Shown: piece after piece, positions 29,059-40,188 of the stretch
Position numbering within the stretch: position 1 is the stretch's first letter
How the letters are laid out: the number at the start of each line of letters is the position of its first letter
Origin: Angelakisella sp.
Lineage (GTDB): Bacteria > Bacillota > Clostridia > Oscillospirales > Ruminococcaceae
NCBI GenBank assembly: GCA_022794295.1
Contig: JAAWEO010000001.1
Coordinates: 6,969 to 70,968, forward strand
Reading direction: 5' to 3'
Length of the DNA stretch: 64,000 nucleotides
Notes under the pieces: generated by a model
The model's database searches: none
The model's input: the letters and a program-made list of their open reading frames with translations, nothing else
Told to the model about the DNA's origin: nothing
Made by a program: the position numbers and the translations under genes

Positions 29059-30396
29059 ATGGAAAATCAGCAGTCCCTCGATTTTTTGTCCCAGCTTTGG
29101 GAGCTGTTCGGAACGGTGCGGGAGGGGGCGGCCTATCTTGCGGCCCATCCGGAAAATACACAGATGAAAGCCGATGTGTCCGCTGGCTTGCGGGTGCTTT
29201 GCACACACCTTCGAGCGGCTGTTTCCTGCGTGCCGGAACCAAAGGAACTTGCCGATTCGGTTTGTTCCAAGTTCCAGATTCTTGCCGCAGAAGCAGGGGG
29301 AGGAAGTGTGGATAATGTGAAATTAAGTCAAGCAGTTTCCGCATTTACCGATCTTCTTTCCCAGGAGTACATCCACAGGCTCTCCTCGGTGCCGTATCTT
29401 CCCCGGGAACAGGCGGGACCCATCTTCAATTTCTGCGCCGGCGCTCCCCGGGAATATGAAACCATCTACCGCCTGATCTTCATCCTCTGCGAAAAGGCGG
29501 CGGTCTCCATGCCCCGGGAGTCCTTTGACTGGACCATCCGGGCCATGGAGGAACACCCAGAGCTGCTTTCCGGCGACCATATGCCCCACCCAGAGTACCG
29601 GTACCGCCCCTCGAAGCAGCGCACCTTCCACCGCTGCCCCATCTGCGGCGGGGAGGGCACTCCCTATCACCGCGCCTTTGCCTACCGCATGATCGACTTT
29701 GACTACCCCCACCTGCCTGCAAAGCTCTGGATGCGGTGCGGCGGCTGCGGCAACCTGTACACCTATCAGTACCCGGAGGAGCTTCTGACCCAGGCGGACC
29801 ATCCGGCCCTGATCCGGCCGGATCCGGAAAAGGCCCTGACTGCGGTCCGCCAAGCCAACGCCATCATCCTTTCCACCTGGTCCGCCATCCTCAACAAGCT
29901 GGGCGGCTACACAAAGGGCCGGGAGCTGCTGGAAGTGGGGATCGGCGAGGGCTGTCTGTTAGCGGTGGCGCTGGAGATGGGCTACGCGGCGGACGCTGTG
30001 GAGATCGTGGCGCAATCCGCCCAGGAGGTGGCGGACATTTTGAGGATCCCCATCTGGAACGGCGATTTTCTGGACTACCACCCGGACAAGCGTTATTCCG
30101 TCATCATCATGGGGGATGTCATCGAGCATGTCACCGACCCGGAGCGGGCGCTGCGCAACGCCCGGGAGCTGCTCGCCGAGGACGGTGTGCTGTGGCTCTC
30201 CACCCCGAACTTTGAGGGCAGCTTTACCCGGATGCTGAAATTCAGCGACCCCATGTGGCTGGAGCCGTACCACATCAGCTATTTTTCCTTTGCCGGGATA
30301 CGAACTCTCGCCGAAAAGTGCGGCTTTACGGTGCGGGAGTATCTTACCAGCAACCGGTATAACGGGTCGATGGAGTTGATTTTGACGAAGGGGTAA
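29059..30396 (+). CDS. Class I SAM-dependent methyltransferase with a Zn-ribbon
   Basis: CPICG...CGGCG, LLEVGIGEG, GDVIEHV, LSTPN. Confidence 0.88.
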   Translation: MENQQSLDFLSQLWELFGTVREGAAYLAAHPENTQMKADVSAGLRVLCTHLRAAVSCVPEPKELADSVCSKFQILAAEAGGGSVDNVKLSQAVSAFTDLLSQEYIHRLSSVPYLPREQAGPIFNFCAGAPREYETIYRLIFILCEKAAVSMPRESFDWTIRAMEEHPELLSGDHMPHPEYRYRPSKQRTFHRCPICGGEGTPYHRAFAYRMIDFDYPHLPAKLWMRCGGCGNLYTYQYPEELLTQADHPALIRPDPEKALTAVRQANAIILSTWSAILNKLGGYTKGRELLEVGIGEGCLLAVALEMGYAADAVEIVAQSAQEVADILRIPIWNGDFLDYHPDKRYSVIIMGDVIEHVTDPERALRNARELLAEDGVLWLSTPNFEGSFTRMLKFSDPMWLEPYHISYFSFAGIRTLAEKCGFTVREYLTSNRYNGSMELILTKG

Positions 30397-30643
30397 GAGG
30401 GGGAGCAGGGGCTATTCGAGAATAAGGCGGATGAGCAGCCGGTTATGTGTGTATCGGCGGAAATGAGGAGATGTTGAGGTGTGCCAAGGTGAATATATTG
30501 AGCTGGGTTCCCTTGGCACTACAAAGCTAAGTCGAGGTACCCCGAGGATTCAGGTGAGGGTATTGTATGAACCGTCGAAGGTTGGAGTTCATTTTCCTTG
30601 CATTTATAACCTTTATACAAAATAATGTAGGGAGGTTTTTAAT

Positions 30644-31297
30644 GTGCTTGAGTTATTGCGATATATGCTGGAGGGAAATTGGAAGGAGTTAGATAAAACT
30701 TATAAAAGAATCGAAATGACACATCAGGACCAGTTTATTGGTCAGATAATGATGGAAAATGACTACAAGGAAGTAATGGAGTCGATTGAAAAGGCTGAAC
30801 AAGCAATGTCTGCGATCCTCCAAAAAGCAGATGAAAATCGCAAAGAGAAAAAAAAGATTCTTGCTCAGATGCGATTATCATCTTCAGAGTTGCACTATTC
30901 TCTCCAAGAATTGCATCAACATACTGTAACTGTACGCAAAGTTCTCGATGTTGATTTATTTCTGCAATTCGAAAGGGCTTATGAGATTTCATTAACAGGG
31001 AAAACAAATTCATTTCGTGATACTGCATTGGGGTATCGATGCAGTTCCAACATAGTCAAGCTCCAGCTTCATACATTAATTACTCAGATCGACCAACTCA
31101 GTCTCTATTTGGAAAGCGATATTCAGCAAATCAAATACCTTTGGAGTCTATATCAAAAAGAAAGAACAGAGACTCTAAGAAGAGTTCTTTCTAATGCATT
31201 AGCAAATCAAATTTCATTTGATGATGAAAAATCACTACAAGCTTATCTTTACAGTTTTTGTACAATAAAAAAAATAATTGAGAGGGATATGAATTGA
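30644..31297 (+). CDS. Hypothetical helical/coiled-coil protein (AT-rich)
   Basis: GGAGG RBS and GTG start; 217-aa ORF. Confidence 0.7.
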   Translation: MLELLRYMLEGNWKELDKTYKRIEMTHQDQFIGQIMMENDYKEVMESIEKAEQAMSAILQKADENRKEKKKILAQMRLSSSELHYSLQELHQHTVTVRKVLDVDLFLQFERAYEISLTGKTNSFRDTALGYRCSSNIVKLQLHTLITQIDQLSLYLESDIQQIKYLWSLYQKERTETLRRVLSNALANQISFDDEKSLQAYLYSFCTIKKIIERDMN

Positions 31298-31683
31298 GCG
31301 AAGAAATAATGGATCCAATGATGGAAGCTGCAGCAGATAAAATCTTTCCGTATAAAGAAATAATAGCTGCACTAATCGCCAGTGCGGCATCCATACGAAA
31401 TACCGATTGCATAACTCGCGCCATGTACGCACAAATCGATGCACAATTAAAAATATGCAAGGAATATATAAACGAAAATCGTAGTCAGTTTTTTGCACGA
31501 ATGAAAGAAAGGGAATATATTCTAAATGCATATCGAGATATGTTTGATAGCCTTAAAAACCCCCTGCTTCAAGCATCAGGAGAATCCGCATTTCATTGTA
31601 CAAAACTGATGGAAACGATTGTCTTACAAATGTCTGAAATTGGAACAAGCGGTCCCGAGATCATAAAACCCACTTGTTTTTAA
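31294..31683 (+). CDS. Hypothetical protein (AT-rich)
   Basis: Overlaps the upstream stop codon; 129-aa ORF. Confidence 0.6.
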   Translation: MSEEIMDPMMEAAADKIFPYKEIIAALIASAASIRNTDCITRAMYAQIDAQLKICKEYINENRSQFFARMKEREYILNAYRDMFDSLKNPLLQASGESAFHCTKLMETIVLQMSEIGTSGPEIIKPTCF

Positions 31684-31699
31684 TTAGGAGGTCCGCATA

Positions 31700-32560
31700 A
31701 TGCTGCAGGGCATAAGCGCACTTATTGCGCTTGCTATAAACACAGTCATTATTGATATATTTATGTCAAACTATATTGAGAGTGCAATACTGTCATTTGC
31801 CATTTCACTTATTATTGTTCTTATCTCTGCAGGTCTTTTCCTTAGTCCGATAGGAACATGGATCATGCGTGTGCAAAATCATCTGCACACACCAACAGAA
31901 GTTGAGCGACAACGAATAGAGCCCATCTTTTTAGAAATTTATGAAAAAGCAAAGAAAAAAAGTCCATGGATTCCCAAAGATATTCAATGGTTTGTTTTGG
32001 GTGATGATGAACTAAATGCATTTGCTATCGGATTACATACCATAGGTATCCATACAGGATTAATGCAACATTGTAGCGACAGTGAGATTGCCGCTGTTTT
32101 GGCACACGAATTTGGGCATATTGCTCACAGAGACACCATATGTTCAGTTATTGTGACTGAGTGTGGCTTTGTTGTTATGATGTTAAAGAGCTTGCTTTTA
32201 TTATGCTTGAGGGTTATAGTTATTGGAACTTCTTTTATTTGGTCATTAGTCAATGAGAGCGAAATACCATCAATAATAGGCAACTATATTGCTTCATTTC
32301 TCTGCTGGATAGCTAATTATTCTATCTCTGTTGTTTACTACATATGTATCGCCCCATCTTATCCTGCAAGGCGCCAACAAGAATATGCTGCAGATAGATA
32401 CGCTGCTGAACTTGGTGTTTGCAAACCACTAATTACTTTTTTATCCAGATTTCCAACACCTCCACTAACGTTCACATTAACACTTGCTCAAATGTTTTAT
32501 GGCACACATCCCAAAAATGAGAAGAGAATTTCAGAGCTCCAGAAATATATGTCGCAGTAA
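31700..32560 (+). CDS. M48/HtpX-like membrane zinc metalloprotease
   Basis: NAFA, AVLAHEFGH, EYAADRYA and THP motifs; TM segments; AGGAGG RBS. Confidence 0.88.
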   Translation: MLQGISALIALAINTVIIDIFMSNYIESAILSFAISLIIVLISAGLFLSPIGTWIMRVQNHLHTPTEVERQRIEPIFLEIYEKAKKKSPWIPKDIQWFVLGDDELNAFAIGLHTIGIHTGLMQHCSDSEIAAVLAHEFGHIAHRDTICSVIVTECGFVVMMLKSLLLLCLRVIVIGTSFIWSLVNESEIPSIIGNYIASFLCWIANYSISVVYYICIAPSYPARRQQEYAADRYAAELGVCKPLITFLSRFPTPPLTFTLTLAQMFYGTHPKNEKRISELQKYMSQ

Positions 32561-32611
32561 AAACAGATCTTCTGCTTCCTGACAAATGTACACAAGGAGC
32601 ACATTGTTTCT

Positions 32612-33277
<666 letters not shown>

Positions 33278-33447
33278 TATCTGAAATCGCCCGAATGAAA
33301 CGATACCGCTTGTTACAGTATATCTTCCTCCTCTGCCCTTATATTATCTTAAACTGTTCCCTTCCCGGGGGTCCACCATGGACCTCCCCCCGGTCCAGCG
33401 GAAAGGCGCATCTCACCCTTGGTGGCGAGATGCGCCTTTCTGACGGA

Positions 33448-33705
33448 CTATTTTACAAGATAGAGATTCGATGTATCCCCTCCGTTCTCCCGGCTGCGCC
33501 GTTCCCGCCGGAGATAGCCGCTCTGCTCCAGTTCCTTCAGCGCGCGCTTCACCGTACTGCGGGACAGGTGAAGGTCCGCTGCGATCCGCTTGATCCCCGG
33601 CCAGCATTTCCTCTCGCTGTCCATCCGATCCTCCAGATACATATAGACCGCCTTGGCCCGATGCGTGAGGGAATCATCCGCATAGATGCTGTCAAAGTAG
33701 CCCAT
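33448..33705 (-). CDS. Winged-HTH protein (HTH_36-like)
   Basis: AKAVYMYL...CWPGIKRIAADL.LSRSTVKRALKEL...SNLY. Confidence 0.8.
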   Translation of the reverse strand: MGYFDSIYADDSLTHRAKAVYMYLEDRMDSERKCWPGIKRIAADLHLSRSTVKRALKELEQSGYLRRERRSRENGGDTSNLYLVK

Positions 33706-33715
33706 TTCTCACCAC

Positions 33716-35506
33716 CTACACCTTCACACTCTGAGCAGAGCGCTGGAATCCAGCCGCTTGTCCCCCAGCGGCTCCCGACCGCTTCCTTCTCCGGTCAGAA
33801 GCCGCTTGCGTTTCTTCCGGGATCTCCTGCGGATATTTCTCCAAGATACTTTTCCGCAGCTCCTTCCGGCTGGCGTACCTCACAGCGCAGTCCTTCCGCT
33901 TGGGCATTTTGTATGGCTCCTCGAAGGTAATCCCCCAATCCAGAAACAGCCGAAGCCTTGTCCGTATGGGATGGCTGCCGGTTTTCATTATCACAAAGTT
34001 ACCCTTGGGGAGAGATTTCAGCTCATCCGGTGTCATGAGAGGCCGCTCCATCATTTGAAGGGACTGGCTGGGATCATTCTTCCCCCTGCTGACGGACCCA
34101 GAGAGAACTGTTCTGCTGCCAAGGGATTTGGACAACACTTCTGCGGTCTGGCTTCCCGGCGCAAAGCCACCGAAGATGGTATCCTGGCAGTTATCTTGAA
34201 TGATTTCCGCTCCTTCGCGACCATAGTTCTTTTCTAACTGAGCCAGCGACTGAATAATGGGGACCAGCGTTAGCTTTCGGGAGCGTCCTGCACTGAACAG
34301 CGGCAGAACATCGAAGGGCGGCATGGTCCCCAACTCGTCGCAGAATAATACCACCCGATTTTTTAGTTTCCCGCCATTCTCATCCGCCACTGAAAACAGC
34401 TCCCGCGACAGGTTTTGGATCATAAGTCCAGCCATAAAATTCTTACTGGGATCTTCTTCTGGCAAAATGAGGAAGATGGCAGATTTCTCCGCCGCAAAGA
34501 TTTCCGCGTCAATGGAGCTATCGAAGCACAGCACCGCCTCCAGCTCCGAATCCAGAAAGGCGTTCAGCCGGGAGAGGACAGTGGACATGACCGAGGCCAT
34601 CGCTTGATCCGCAGAGTTGAGTGCTGCTCCTGCAAACCATCTGGCCTTATGCTCCGGCGGCAGCATTTTCATGACCATCTGGAAGTGATTCTGGCTCCCT
34701 GCATGGGAAGGCTCCAGCAGATCCTGCACCAGCTTGAACACTGAAACAATGTGCCGCTGGTCGACAGGATCCTTTTCGGTAGGCGGTAGAAATTCCGCCA
34801 GAAGGAGGATAACAGCGGTGAGCAGTCCCTCAGCGGCATCGTAAAAAAAGGCATTTTGCCCATGGTCGGAGTCCTCCGAATTGATGATGGTCTTGGATAA
34901 GATCTTGGCGTACTTTTCAGCCTTTGCTCTGGCGGCAATATCGGTTTCATCCTCCTTAGACGCGTCCATGTATCGGTTGACCAAGGTGAGCAGATTGAAG
35001 CCATCCGACATGGTGGGGTTGCGAAGGTCGATCACCGAAACCCGGTAGCCATAGTATTTCTCAGCGATGGTCCCACAGTTTCTGGCCAGGTCTCCTTTTG
35101 TGTCCATTGCGAGAAAGCTCATCCCGCTGGCACAGGCGTATTCGATGTTAGGGTACAGGAAGAAAGCCGTTTTCCCCACACCGCTGGCTCCGATCATAAG
35201 ACAGTGGACATCGTCGCTGTCCACCAAGGCACACAGCTGTTTCCTCCGCTTTGCGCTGCCAAGAATCAGTCCCTGCTGTGTCGGTCTGTTCCTGCCCTGC
35301 CGCCAATCCTTGACCTTGAAGGGAACTTGGGTGTAGGTCTGCTGAATCTCCTTCGGCGTGGCCCATCTTGCTGTGCCATGCTGACCATCGCCCACAGTCC
35401 GGGCCTTGATGCCGTTAAGGGTATAGTTATCGGACAGCACCGAGATGCCCCCAAAGACCAACACCACCACTCCGGCGACCACGATCAGCATCCAAATGTC
35501 GGACAT
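33716..35506 (-). CDS. virD4: Type IV coupling protein VirD4/TraG
   Basis: N-terminal TM, HGTARWA, Walker A GASGVGKT, DTKGD, CDELG, IQSLAQL. Confidence 0.93.
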   Translation of the reverse strand: MSDIWMLIVVAGVVVLVFGGISVLSDNYTLNGIKARTVGDGQHGTARWATPKEIQQTYTQVPFKVKDWRQGRNRPTQQGLILGSAKRRKQLCALVDSDDVHCLMIGASGVGKTAFFLYPNIEYACASGMSFLAMDTKGDLARNCGTIAEKYYGYRVSVIDLRNPTMSDGFNLLTLVNRYMDASKEDETDIAARAKAEKYAKILSKTIINSEDSDHGQNAFFYDAAEGLLTAVILLLAEFLPPTEKDPVDQRHIVSVFKLVQDLLEPSHAGSQNHFQMVMKMLPPEHKARWFAGAALNSADQAMASVMSTVLSRLNAFLDSELEAVLCFDSSIDAEIFAAEKSAIFLILPEEDPSKNFMAGLMIQNLSRELFSVADENGGKLKNRVVLFCDELGTMPPFDVLPLFSAGRSRKLTLVPIIQSLAQLEKNYGREGAEIIQDNCQDTIFGGFAPGSQTAEVLSKSLGSRTVLSGSVSRGKNDPSQSLQMMERPLMTPDELKSLPKGNFVIMKTGSHPIRTRLRLFLDWGITFEEPYKMPKRKDCAVRYASRKELRKSILEKYPQEIPEETQAASDRRRKRSGAAGGQAAGFQRSAQSVKV

Positions 35507-36402
35507 ACCCTCTGCACCTCCTTCGGCTTCATCATGGTGAGGTCATCATTCCAGTCCTTCAGTTGGGGTGTCAGCCGTTCACAGATGATCTTCTTCTCCG
35601 CCAGCAATCCCGCCATCCGTTTGCTGGCGGTGTGGCCTGCTACATCGTTGTCCAAGCAAAGAAAAACTTCCTCTACTTCCGGCATCCGATCCAGCATCTT
35701 TTCCACTGGAATAAAAGAAACCCCGCAGCAGGCCACATAGTTATGCCTTTCCCAGCCCTCCGGATTAAGAGTGATAAAGGAGAGCATATCGATGGGAGCT
35801 TCAAACACGAAAAGTGTCCCATCTCCGCCGAGGTGGTGAAAACTATATCGGGGGAGCCCTCCCTCTATATTTAAGCGGAAGACTTTGCCAAAACTGTTGG
35901 TACTGCGCTTGTGGGCATGACGGGGGATGCCCTGCTCGTCTGTACCAACGAATACAGCGTTGTGGTACTCCGCATCCTCATAGAGCAGTCCTTCTTGTAC
36001 GAAATGACGCACCACCTCCGGCGCGATCCCCCGGCGCTTTACCAGATAGGCAAATACCCGACGGGCGTCCCCATTTACTGGCGGCAGCACAAACTCCTTG
36101 GGCGGCTCCTGCACCTGCTTTTTCGCAGCAGGGGGAGCAATACCACCGCCCCCCAACAGAAGATTGACTGCATCGGGATAGTTCAAATCATAAAACCGCC
36201 GGACGAAGGAGATCGGCCCGCCGCCTTTTTCCTCGGCATGGTCATACCAGCTGTTATCCCGAATGGTGACACTGTGGTCCCGCTCCAGCCGCATATCCCG
36301 CCCGGAGCGGATAAGTTTCTCTCCTCTGCTCATAAGAAAAGCCGCAAGGTCTACCCCTGCGGCCTGCTCTTTCTGCTGATCTGTAAAATGGATGTAAGGC
36401 AT
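35485..36402 (-). CDS. DUF3991/toprim-domain protein
   Basis: YLVKRRGI, VFEAPIDMLS, LCLDND, KDWND. Confidence 0.85.
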   Translation of the reverse strand: MPYIHFTDQQKEQAAGVDLAAFLMSRGEKLIRSGRDMRLERDHSVTIRDNSWYDHAEEKGGGPISFVRRFYDLNYPDAVNLLLGGGGIAPPAAKKQVQEPPKEFVLPPVNGDARRVFAYLVKRRGIAPEVVRHFVQEGLLYEDAEYHNAVFVGTDEQGIPRHAHKRSTNSFGKVFRLNIEGGLPRYSFHHLGGDGTLFVFEAPIDMLSFITLNPEGWERHNYVACCGVSFIPVEKMLDRMPEVEEVFLCLDNDVAGHTASKRMAGLLAEKKIICERLTPQLKDWNDDLTMMKPKEVQRVCPTFGC

Positions 36403-36416
36403 TACAGCCCTCCTTA

Positions 36417-38585
36417 TCATGTCATCGTTGGCTCATGGTCATCTCGTTTGTGACCCTGGGCCGCTTTCTTTTCCTGTATTTTTCGCTTCAGTTTACTGTC
36501 CACCTTCACTTGGATGCCCTGGGAGGATGGCGGCACTTGCTCCCGAAAGATGTTCCCCAAATGGCGCAGCAGGTTTGTAGTCCCCTGCACAAGAAGATGG
36601 TCGCGGAAATCATTCAGGTGGATCAGGAAATATTGGGCATAGAGATTCCCCTGCCCGGCAGAGAGTGTGAGCCAGTAGACAGCGGTTTCCCGGTCACGCT
36701 CCACCTCTTGACCCAACAGGAACAGCTTGCCCAACACATACTGAGCGTGCTGGTTTCCGGCCTCCGCTGATCTCACCAGCTGATTTATGGCACCTGCTTT
36801 TTCATCGGGGCTGGATGTGGGATCTGCAAAGATCATCTTTGCCAGCTGATACTGCGCCTGCGGGTTTCCCAGCAAAGAAGCCTTTTCAAACCAGCCTTGG
36901 GCAGCAGCTTCATCCTTCTTCGCTCCAACTCCATGAAGGAGCATCCAGCCGATTCGATACTGGAGTTTATCATCGTGGCTTTCCTTTTCCATGGAACGAA
37001 AACCGAAAAGCGCCTGTGAAAAATAGTCCTCCGCTGTTTGACTGTCTTTCTCGCCGCCGATACCGTCCTGGTACATTTTGGCCAGCTCATAGACTGCATA
37101 GGGGAATCCTTTCTGCGCAGCTTTCCGGTAAAGCTCTCTTGCCTTAACAGCGTCCTGTTCAACTCCTTGGCCCTTGAGGTACAACCCCGCCAGAGAGTAC
37201 ATCGCATATTTGTTGTTTTGCTCTGCCGCTTCCCGAAACCAACTGGCGGCTTGCATATAGTCCTGCTCCGTTCCAAGACCGGCGGCATACATCTTGCCGA
37301 TGCGGTACTCGATATAGGGAGTTGGTTCTGCTTTGAGGAAGGCATCGAGAGCCTTTTTATACCAGCTTTGCGCCTGCTCCATGTCGATCTCCCGGCCCAG
37401 ACCATCCGCAAACATTCTGCCAAGGTCATACATGGCAAGGGCGTTTCCGTCCTCAGCTTCTTCCAGAAGAAGGGCAAAGGTTTTCTCGAAATCCGGCGGT
37501 ATATCGCTGTCGCCATAAAGAAAATCCATCGCCATTTTGTAGCGGTCGCTCCAAGAAATCTGCGGGGTGAGGGAATCATCGACCAGATTCTCTTCCTCTG
37601 ATCCTTTATCCAAATCATCCTCCGGAGAAAAATATCCAGTAAATTCTCTTATCTGCATCGCTTCCCGGATGACCAGATTCTTGATCCGCTTGAACTCCTT
37701 CTGCTGAGAGAGTGGCAGCCGTTCCGGCATCTCGTCCCGGTATGTGTGGAGGACATCCTCCCGCATCTGATACCAAAGGTCATAGGCTTCCGCAATGCGA
37801 GGATCCTTCGCCAGCTCGTCCACGATCTCATCCACCACAGCTTTGAGCGGGGCTTTCAGATAGCCATACTGCTTTTTCCCGCTGGTGTGCCGCAGCTTTT
37901 CTACCAGTTGGAGCAGCAGTTCTCCGATCCGCTCATTCTCCAAGCTGCCGGTCTGCATTTCTTGGACAAGCTGTTTCAGCGCATTCTCGCTTTTCCTCGT
38001 GAGCTCATCCCTCCGCCGGGTCTGCTGGGAATAGATCTCGGTCAGCTCCTGCCGGAATATCTCCTTCGCCAATCCAGACTTGATTTTTGCCAGACCGTCT
38101 TTGGTGAGAAAACCGGATTTCCCGTCTGCGCTGAAGCAGACCATATGGACATGAGGATGGTGGCCCTCATCATGAAAGGCGGCGTACCAGCGAAATTGAT
38201 CCAGCGGTATTTTCATAATAGTCGCCATCTCCACAGCATAAGACGAGAGCAGACTTTTCCACGCCCCAGCGTGGTTGTAACCCAGCCGCTCGGCGTCTGC
38301 CCGCTGCAAAGAGATGATAGGCATCCACACATTGCCAGGATGGTTCGCTATCCTCTCTGCCACCTTGGACAGGGAAACGGTTTCGTCTGTTCCAGTAAAA
38401 AGGGCGTGTTCACCAACCCGCTCCGCACGAGGACGGGTGGCAACATAGTTTAAGTAGTTCTCTTTCTGCTGGATCCGCTCCGCGCCATCCCGCAGGGAAA
38501 TGTACCGCACATAATTTTTGAGGTGGGCCGGAGCCCTGCGGCTTTTTCCTTTGATGTACGGAAACTTGACGATCAGCCGGGGCAT
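36417..38585 (-). CDS. Relaxase (MobP3/MobL-like) with SEL1-like repeats
   Basis: YVRYI, YVATRP, WYAAFHDEGHHPHVH (HUH); repeated A.Y.LG.MY..G.G. Confidence 0.88.
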   Translation of the reverse strand: MPRLIVKFPYIKGKSRRAPAHLKNYVRYISLRDGAERIQQKENYLNYVATRPRAERVGEHALFTGTDETVSLSKVAERIANHPGNVWMPIISLQRADAERLGYNHAGAWKSLLSSYAVEMATIMKIPLDQFRWYAAFHDEGHHPHVHMVCFSADGKSGFLTKDGLAKIKSGLAKEIFRQELTEIYSQQTRRRDELTRKSENALKQLVQEMQTGSLENERIGELLLQLVEKLRHTSGKKQYGYLKAPLKAVVDEIVDELAKDPRIAEAYDLWYQMREDVLHTYRDEMPERLPLSQQKEFKRIKNLVIREAMQIREFTGYFSPEDDLDKGSEEENLVDDSLTPQISWSDRYKMAMDFLYGDSDIPPDFEKTFALLLEEAEDGNALAMYDLGRMFADGLGREIDMEQAQSWYKKALDAFLKAEPTPYIEYRIGKMYAAGLGTEQDYMQAASWFREAAEQNNKYAMYSLAGLYLKGQGVEQDAVKARELYRKAAQKGFPYAVYELAKMYQDGIGGEKDSQTAEDYFSQALFGFRSMEKESHDDKLQYRIGWMLLHGVGAKKDEAAAQGWFEKASLLGNPQAQYQLAKMIFADPTSSPDEKAGAINQLVRSAEAGNQHAQYVLGKLFLLGQEVERDRETAVYWLTLSAGQGNLYAQYFLIHLNDFRDHLLVQGTTNLLRHLGNIFREQVPPSSQGIQVKVDSKLKRKIQEKKAAQGHKRDDHEPTMT

Positions 38586-38587
38586 GG

Positions 38588-39031
38588 CTACACCTCATTC
38601 TGGTAGCGCACTGCATCCAGAAAGGTGATGTTCCCGCCGGTCTGCCGCACCTCTTGGACGCACCGCTCCCGCAGACCTTTCAAGGTGCTTTCGCTCACCT
38701 CCATCCCTGCCGCCAAGATATTCATCATCATATCTACTTCCACCGCCAGTTTGAAGAGCAGCCGGGCAAGGCGGCCCTCGCTGTCCCGGATCGTCCCCTT
38801 GAACGCCGCCACCAGCGCCGGCGGCAGATAGGCACAGGCGTCTTTCCCGGAAAGATACCCGGCATAGAACAGCGCAGCTTGATCCAGAAACTCACTCCGG
38901 CTCTTGCAGTTGCCACGCTCCAGCGCGCCATCCATAACCGCCATTGTGGAAGGGTACAGCCAGACCGGGATGCGCTCTTTGACCTCGTCCTTCTTCTCCT
39001 GCTCCGTAACGGCAGGTTCTTTCTTCTCCAT
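38588..39031 (-). CDS. Relaxosome accessory protein (RHH-like)
   Basis: IPVWL...KSRSEFL..A..FY, RLLFKLAVE; directly upstream of the relaxase. Confidence 0.65.
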   Translation of the reverse strand: MEKKEPAVTEQEKKDEVKERIPVWLYPSTMAVMDGALERGNCKSRSEFLDQAALFYAGYLSGKDACAYLPPALVAAFKGTIRDSEGRLARLLFKLAVEVDMMMNILAAGMEVSESTLKGLRERCVQEVRQTGGNITFLDAVRYQNEV

Positions 39032-39440
39032 TCTGAAACTCTCCTTTCCATCTTCCGACCACCTGCCACAGCCACCTCTCGAAATGGCTTGGCAAGCGAT
39101 TCTATTCTTCTTTTTCTCTGTCTTAGACCACCCAACACAGCAATTTGCTTCCTAAACCGACCACCTTTAGAAAACTCCCCGACCCGCATTGCGGGGCGGT
39201 GTGGGCGGCAGGAGGGCGCGAAAGCGACCACCTGCCTTAAACCCGCACTTTTTTCGACCCCAGCACCTGACCTTCAAAGGGTGCTTCTGCTCCTTTTCCT
39301 AACCCCGGTCAAAAAGCCCCAACAGGGGGCCTCACCGCCTCGCAGGGGTACGGATGCCACCCCGCCCCAGAAATCGTCACACAGGGTGAAAACGGGGCGG
39401 ACAGCGGGGATTCGGCTGCTCGGTGTTCACATCATCTGCA
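39032..39440. other. Probable oriT region
   Basis: About 400 bp non-coding with short inverted repeats, upstream of the accessory and relaxase genes; nick site not identified. Confidence 0.4.
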
Positions 39441-39674
39441 TTACCGGGCTGGATCTCTACTTTCCGCCTTTGCCGACCGTCTGGGTCGCTCCCTTGCCGG
39501 AGCGGATCTCCGGTCCAGATACTCCCGTACCGCCTCCGGCACCGTCTGCTCATAGAGGGCCAGCAGCTCCTCCTGCATCTTCTTTTGGACGCTGGACTTT
39601 TCTTTCCGCAGAGAGAACTCCAACGCCTCCAGCTTCTCCTCCTCGAAGGAAAGTGTGATCTCGATTTTCTTCAT
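39441..39674 (-). CDS. Small conserved ICE protein (DUF6103-like)
   Basis: ITLSFEEEKLEAL...LYEQTVPEAVREYL. Confidence 0.7.
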   Translation of the reverse strand: MKKIEITLSFEEEKLEALEFSLRKEKSSVQKKMQEELLALYEQTVPEAVREYLDRRSAPARERPRRSAKAESRDPAR

Positions 39675-39685
39675 AGAGACCTCCT

Positions 39686-40177
39686 TCACCATGGGTAATA
39701 AAATTCCAGCCGAGGATCAAGCTGCGGCTCGTTTCCTTGAAACTGTACCGGCTCCCCGAACATCTCCTGGCACTCCGCCATCTGCTCATCGGTGAGAGAA
39801 ACGAAGCCGCCCTCCCCGTCATCCCCCACAAGGAAGAACGGCCCGCAGACGATGTCCCCGCCCAACCAGCGGTTGGGGGCCATGCCGTTCAGCTTCCCCT
39901 CCTCATTGCAGCAGAGGACGATGCCGTCATCCAGATAGACCGGCTGGAACAGCCCGCCGCCGACCTCCTCCTGGACACTGTGCAGATCATCTTTGATTTC
40001 TTTTTCATAGGGGACTTCTCCCGGCTCCACCTTCAAGATGCGGAGAGGAGATTCCTCCATTTCAATAGGGATCGTAGCGATGGGAATTACATCGAGATTT
40101 CCTTTATCGCCCATCAGCTCCAGCAGTTCGTTTTGGGTCTCTTCATTAAGGTCACCCCAATAGATCTCGTACTCCAT
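39686..40177 (-). CDS. DUF3846-like protein
   Basis: LKVEPG, VQEEVGG, CNEEGKLNG..PNR. Confidence 0.75.
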   Translation of the reverse strand: MEYEIYWGDLNEETQNELLELMGDKGNLDVIPIATIPIEMEESPLRILKVEPGEVPYEKEIKDDLHSVQEEVGGGLFQPVYLDDGIVLCCNEEGKLNGMAPNRWLGGDIVCGPFFLVGDDGEGGFVSLTDEQMAECQEMFGEPVQFQGNEPQLDPRLEFYYPW

Positions 40178-40188
40178 TTTTACCTCCG

